DNA of 50,594 nucleotides from an uncultured Clostridia bacterium (lineage in GTDB: Bacteria > Bacillota > Clostridia > Christensenellales > UBA1242), in the NCBI GenBank assembly GCA_944372325.1, contig CALVYR010000004.1:1-50594 (forward strand), written 5' to 3'. Position numbers and translations under genes: made by a program. Position 1 is the stretch's first letter. The number at the start of each line of letters is the position of its first letter. This document shows positions 48,867 to 50,594 of this stretch, piece after piece. The notes beneath the pieces are model-generated. The model made no database searches, was not told the DNA's origin, and was given only the letters and a program-made list of their open reading frames with translations.

Positions 48867-49136
48867 TTGAAAAGTTTATCTGAGTTTAGTGAGGAAAATG
48901 TAGAGGAAAAAAAGGAAGAAAATTTTAACGAAAGCAACTTAAAAGAAGCTTATGAAAAATATAAAGATATGCCTGAAGATGAACTTTTAAAAACGCTTTT
49001 TACTGAAGTGGATAAACAAAAGCAAAATGGTACATTTAATTTTGAAAATTTAAAAAGTTTAGTAGAAAGTATGGCTCCTATGCTTACAAGTGAGCAACTT
49101 AATAATATTAATGTCCTGCTTGAAAAAATGAGATAG
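48867..49136 (+). CDS. hypothetical acidic helical protein
   Basis: TTG start after AAGGAG, in frame with track ORF 48711..49136. Confidence 0.65.
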   Translation: MKSLSEFSEENVEEKKEENFNESNLKEAYEKYKDMPEDELLKTLFTEVDKQKQNGTFNFENLKSLVESMAPMLTSEQLNNINVLLEKMR

Positions 49137-49154
49137 TTTAAAAAAGGTCGGCAA

Positions 49155-50303
49155 ATGATAAATAGAAAGATAGATACAGAATTAAAAAAGATTATGACAT
49201 TAGAAAACATAAATAGAGATGTTAAGTGTTTAATCTATGTTCTTGGTTTTAATTCGAATTTAAAAAGAATAGAAGAGAGTGGGGTTAAAATAGAACAGAA
49301 ATTTCCATTTATAAATGCAGTAAGTGCAAGAGTTCCAGTGGGTTTAATAAATAAACTTTCTATGCAAAATTATATAGAATATATTTCTAGTCAAAGCAAA
49401 GTTGAAGCCTTAATGCACATAGCTAGAAAGGTGTTGAAAGTTAGTGAAAGCTCATATTCTGGAAATGAAATAGGTGTTGCATATATAGATACAGGCATAG
49501 CTCCACATCCAGATTTCAAACTTATAAAAAATAGAATTATTAAATTTGTTGACCTTATAAATGAAAAAGAATATCCATATGACGATAATGGACATGGCAC
49601 ATTTGTGGCAGGTGTAGGTTCGGGTAATGGTGCATTATCTGGTGGTAAGTATAAGGGTATAGCTCCAAATTCTAACATCATTTCAATAAAAGCCTTAGAT
49701 AAACATGGGGAGGCAAATGCCACAAAAATTTTGGAAGCAATGCAATGGGTATATGATAATCATTTAGATTATAACATAAAAGTTGTTTGCATGAGCTTTG
49801 GTAGTGAACCTTTAGGCTATAACGATCCAATCATGAAAGGGGCGGAAGCGCTTTGGAAAAAAGGAATTGTTATAGTGTCGGCGGCAGGAAATAGTGGGCC
49901 TGAATATCAAACAATTAAAAGCCCAGGTATAAGCCCTAGAATTATCACCGTGGGAGGAATGAACGATAATAGGTTTGATGATGAGTATAAAGAAGAGTTT
50001 TTTGAAATAGCTAATTTTTCTTCTCGAGGGCCTGCCTTCAATAAGTTTAAACCTGATATAGTAGCGCCATCTGTTGATATTAATTCTTGTTCAAATAAAG
50101 ATGGCTATACAAAACTTAGTGGCACAAGCGTTGCTACGCCCATGATAGCTGGGCTATGTGCCTTAGCCTTTGAAAAAAACAAGTATTTACGGCCAGACCA
50201 AATAAAGCGGGCACTGCTTGCTTGTTGTAATGGAATAACTTACAACAGAAATCTTGAGGGTTATGGGCTACCTAATCTAGAAAAATTTTTAAAATACATT
50301 TAA
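49155..50303 (+). CDS. aprX: AprX-like S8 subtilase
   Basis: IDTG, DDNGHGT, AAGN, GTSVATP; no signal peptide. Confidence 0.8.
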   Translation: MINRKIDTELKKIMTLENINRDVKCLIYVLGFNSNLKRIEESGVKIEQKFPFINAVSARVPVGLINKLSMQNYIEYISSQSKVEALMHIARKVLKVSESSYSGNEIGVAYIDTGIAPHPDFKLIKNRIIKFVDLINEKEYPYDDNGHGTFVAGVGSGNGALSGGKYKGIAPNSNIISIKALDKHGEANATKILEAMQWVYDNHLDYNIKVVCMSFGSEPLGYNDPIMKGAEALWKKGIVIVSAAGNSGPEYQTIKSPGISPRIITVGGMNDNRFDDEYKEEFFEIANFSSRGPAFNKFKPDIVAPSVDINSCSNKDGYTKLSGTSVATPMIAGLCALAFEKNKYLRPDQIKRALLACCNGITYNRNLEGYGLPNLEKFLKYI

Positions 50304-50326
50304 ACAGAGTGTTTGCTCTGTTTTTT
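50302..50326 (+). terminator. rho-independent terminator
   Basis: AAACAGAGT-GTTT-GCTCTGTTTTTT. Confidence 0.7.
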
Positions 50327-50345
50327 AATTTTTTTCTAATTTTGC

Positions 50346-50371
50346 TTGACAAAAATGCGGGGGGGTAGAAT
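50346..50371 (+). promoter_or_regulatory. sigma-A promoter with a G7 tract in the spacer (putatively phase-variable), copy 2
   Basis: TTGACA (50346-50351), 14-nt spacer AAAATGC+G7, TAGAAT (50366-50371). Confidence 0.75.
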
Positions 50372-50511
50372 AAGCTCGGCAAAATAAATTTAGCTAATTC
50401 TAGCTAAAATTAAAGTGCTAACGCACTTAGGTTCGCTAACGCTCACATTTTGCCGAGCTTTTTAGGCATCGTCGTGCTCACCCTTGCAAGCAAGTTCGCA
50501 CTCCTCGTAAT
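50372..50511. mobile_element. 140-bp multi-hairpin insertion (REP/MITE-like) inside cassette copy 2
   Basis: Absent from copy 1; 14-bp perfect IR at 50372-50385/50447-50460; nested hairpins; AAT at both junctions. Confidence 0.5.
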
Positions 50512-50594
50512 GGGGTATCAAAAAAATTTTAAGGTAAGGATAATATTTTAAGTAGCCTTTTCTAGAGCTCGTTTCGGAATTTTAAAAGAAAGCG

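Larger units (their letters stand above)
50346..50576 (+). repeat. repeated promoter/leader cassette, copy 2 (downstream gene outside the window)
   Basis: GGGTATCAAAAAAATTT (50513-50529) and GCTCGTTTCG (50567-50576) are identical to 518-534 and 569-578. Confidence 0.85.

Noticed and set aside
1739-49723. Short overlapping or antisense ORFs in the track (e.g. 1739..1954, 2665..2976, 8816..9301, 29993..30397, 49391..49723)
   Set aside because: They lie within well-supported genes, lack recognisable motifs, and are typical shadow ORFs
1-50594. Complete DGR (RT, template repeat, Avd), CRISPR array, transposase or integrase
   Set aside because: No RT-, Cas-, transposase- or recombinase-like ORF, no regularly spaced repeats, and no near-identical copy of the 1900-2030 region seen

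Overview
Low-GC chromosomal window from a spore-forming Clostridia-like Firmicute. Most of it is housekeeping and sporulation genes: 4 tRNAs, spoIIAA-spoIIAB-sigF, spoVAC-spoVAD, ftsK-rimO-pgsA-recA, a class A PBP, miaB-mutS-mutL-miaA-ynbB, dinB, mtaD, clpC, hpf, spoVM, rpmB, Asp23/DAK2, a pdaB-like deacetylase, ssb, a TauE pair, a ferredoxin, ppx-like, HtrA-like and mreB-like genes, priA-def-fmt-rsgA-rpe, and an AprX-like protease. spoVM and the ferredoxin are missing from the supplied ORF track. The most striking signal is a repeated promoter/leader cassette, TTGACA-AAAATGC-(G)n-TAGAAT...GGGTATCAAAAAAATTT...GCTCGTTTCG, found at both ends of the window. Its poly-G tract lies between the -35 and -10 boxes and differs in length (G9 with a 16-bp spacer vs G7 with a 14-bp spacer), which suggests a slipped-strand phase-variable promoter family. 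Copy 1 precedes a secreted protein ending in a DUF6273-like (C-type-lectin fold, DGR-target-type) domain. Copy 2 carries a 140-bp highly structured insertion. An orphan C-terminal relic of a similar lectin domain sits back-to-back with a start-less XRE repressor between sigF and spoVA. No CRISPR array, transposase, integrase or reverse transcriptase was seen. All family calls are by motif recognition, without database searches.
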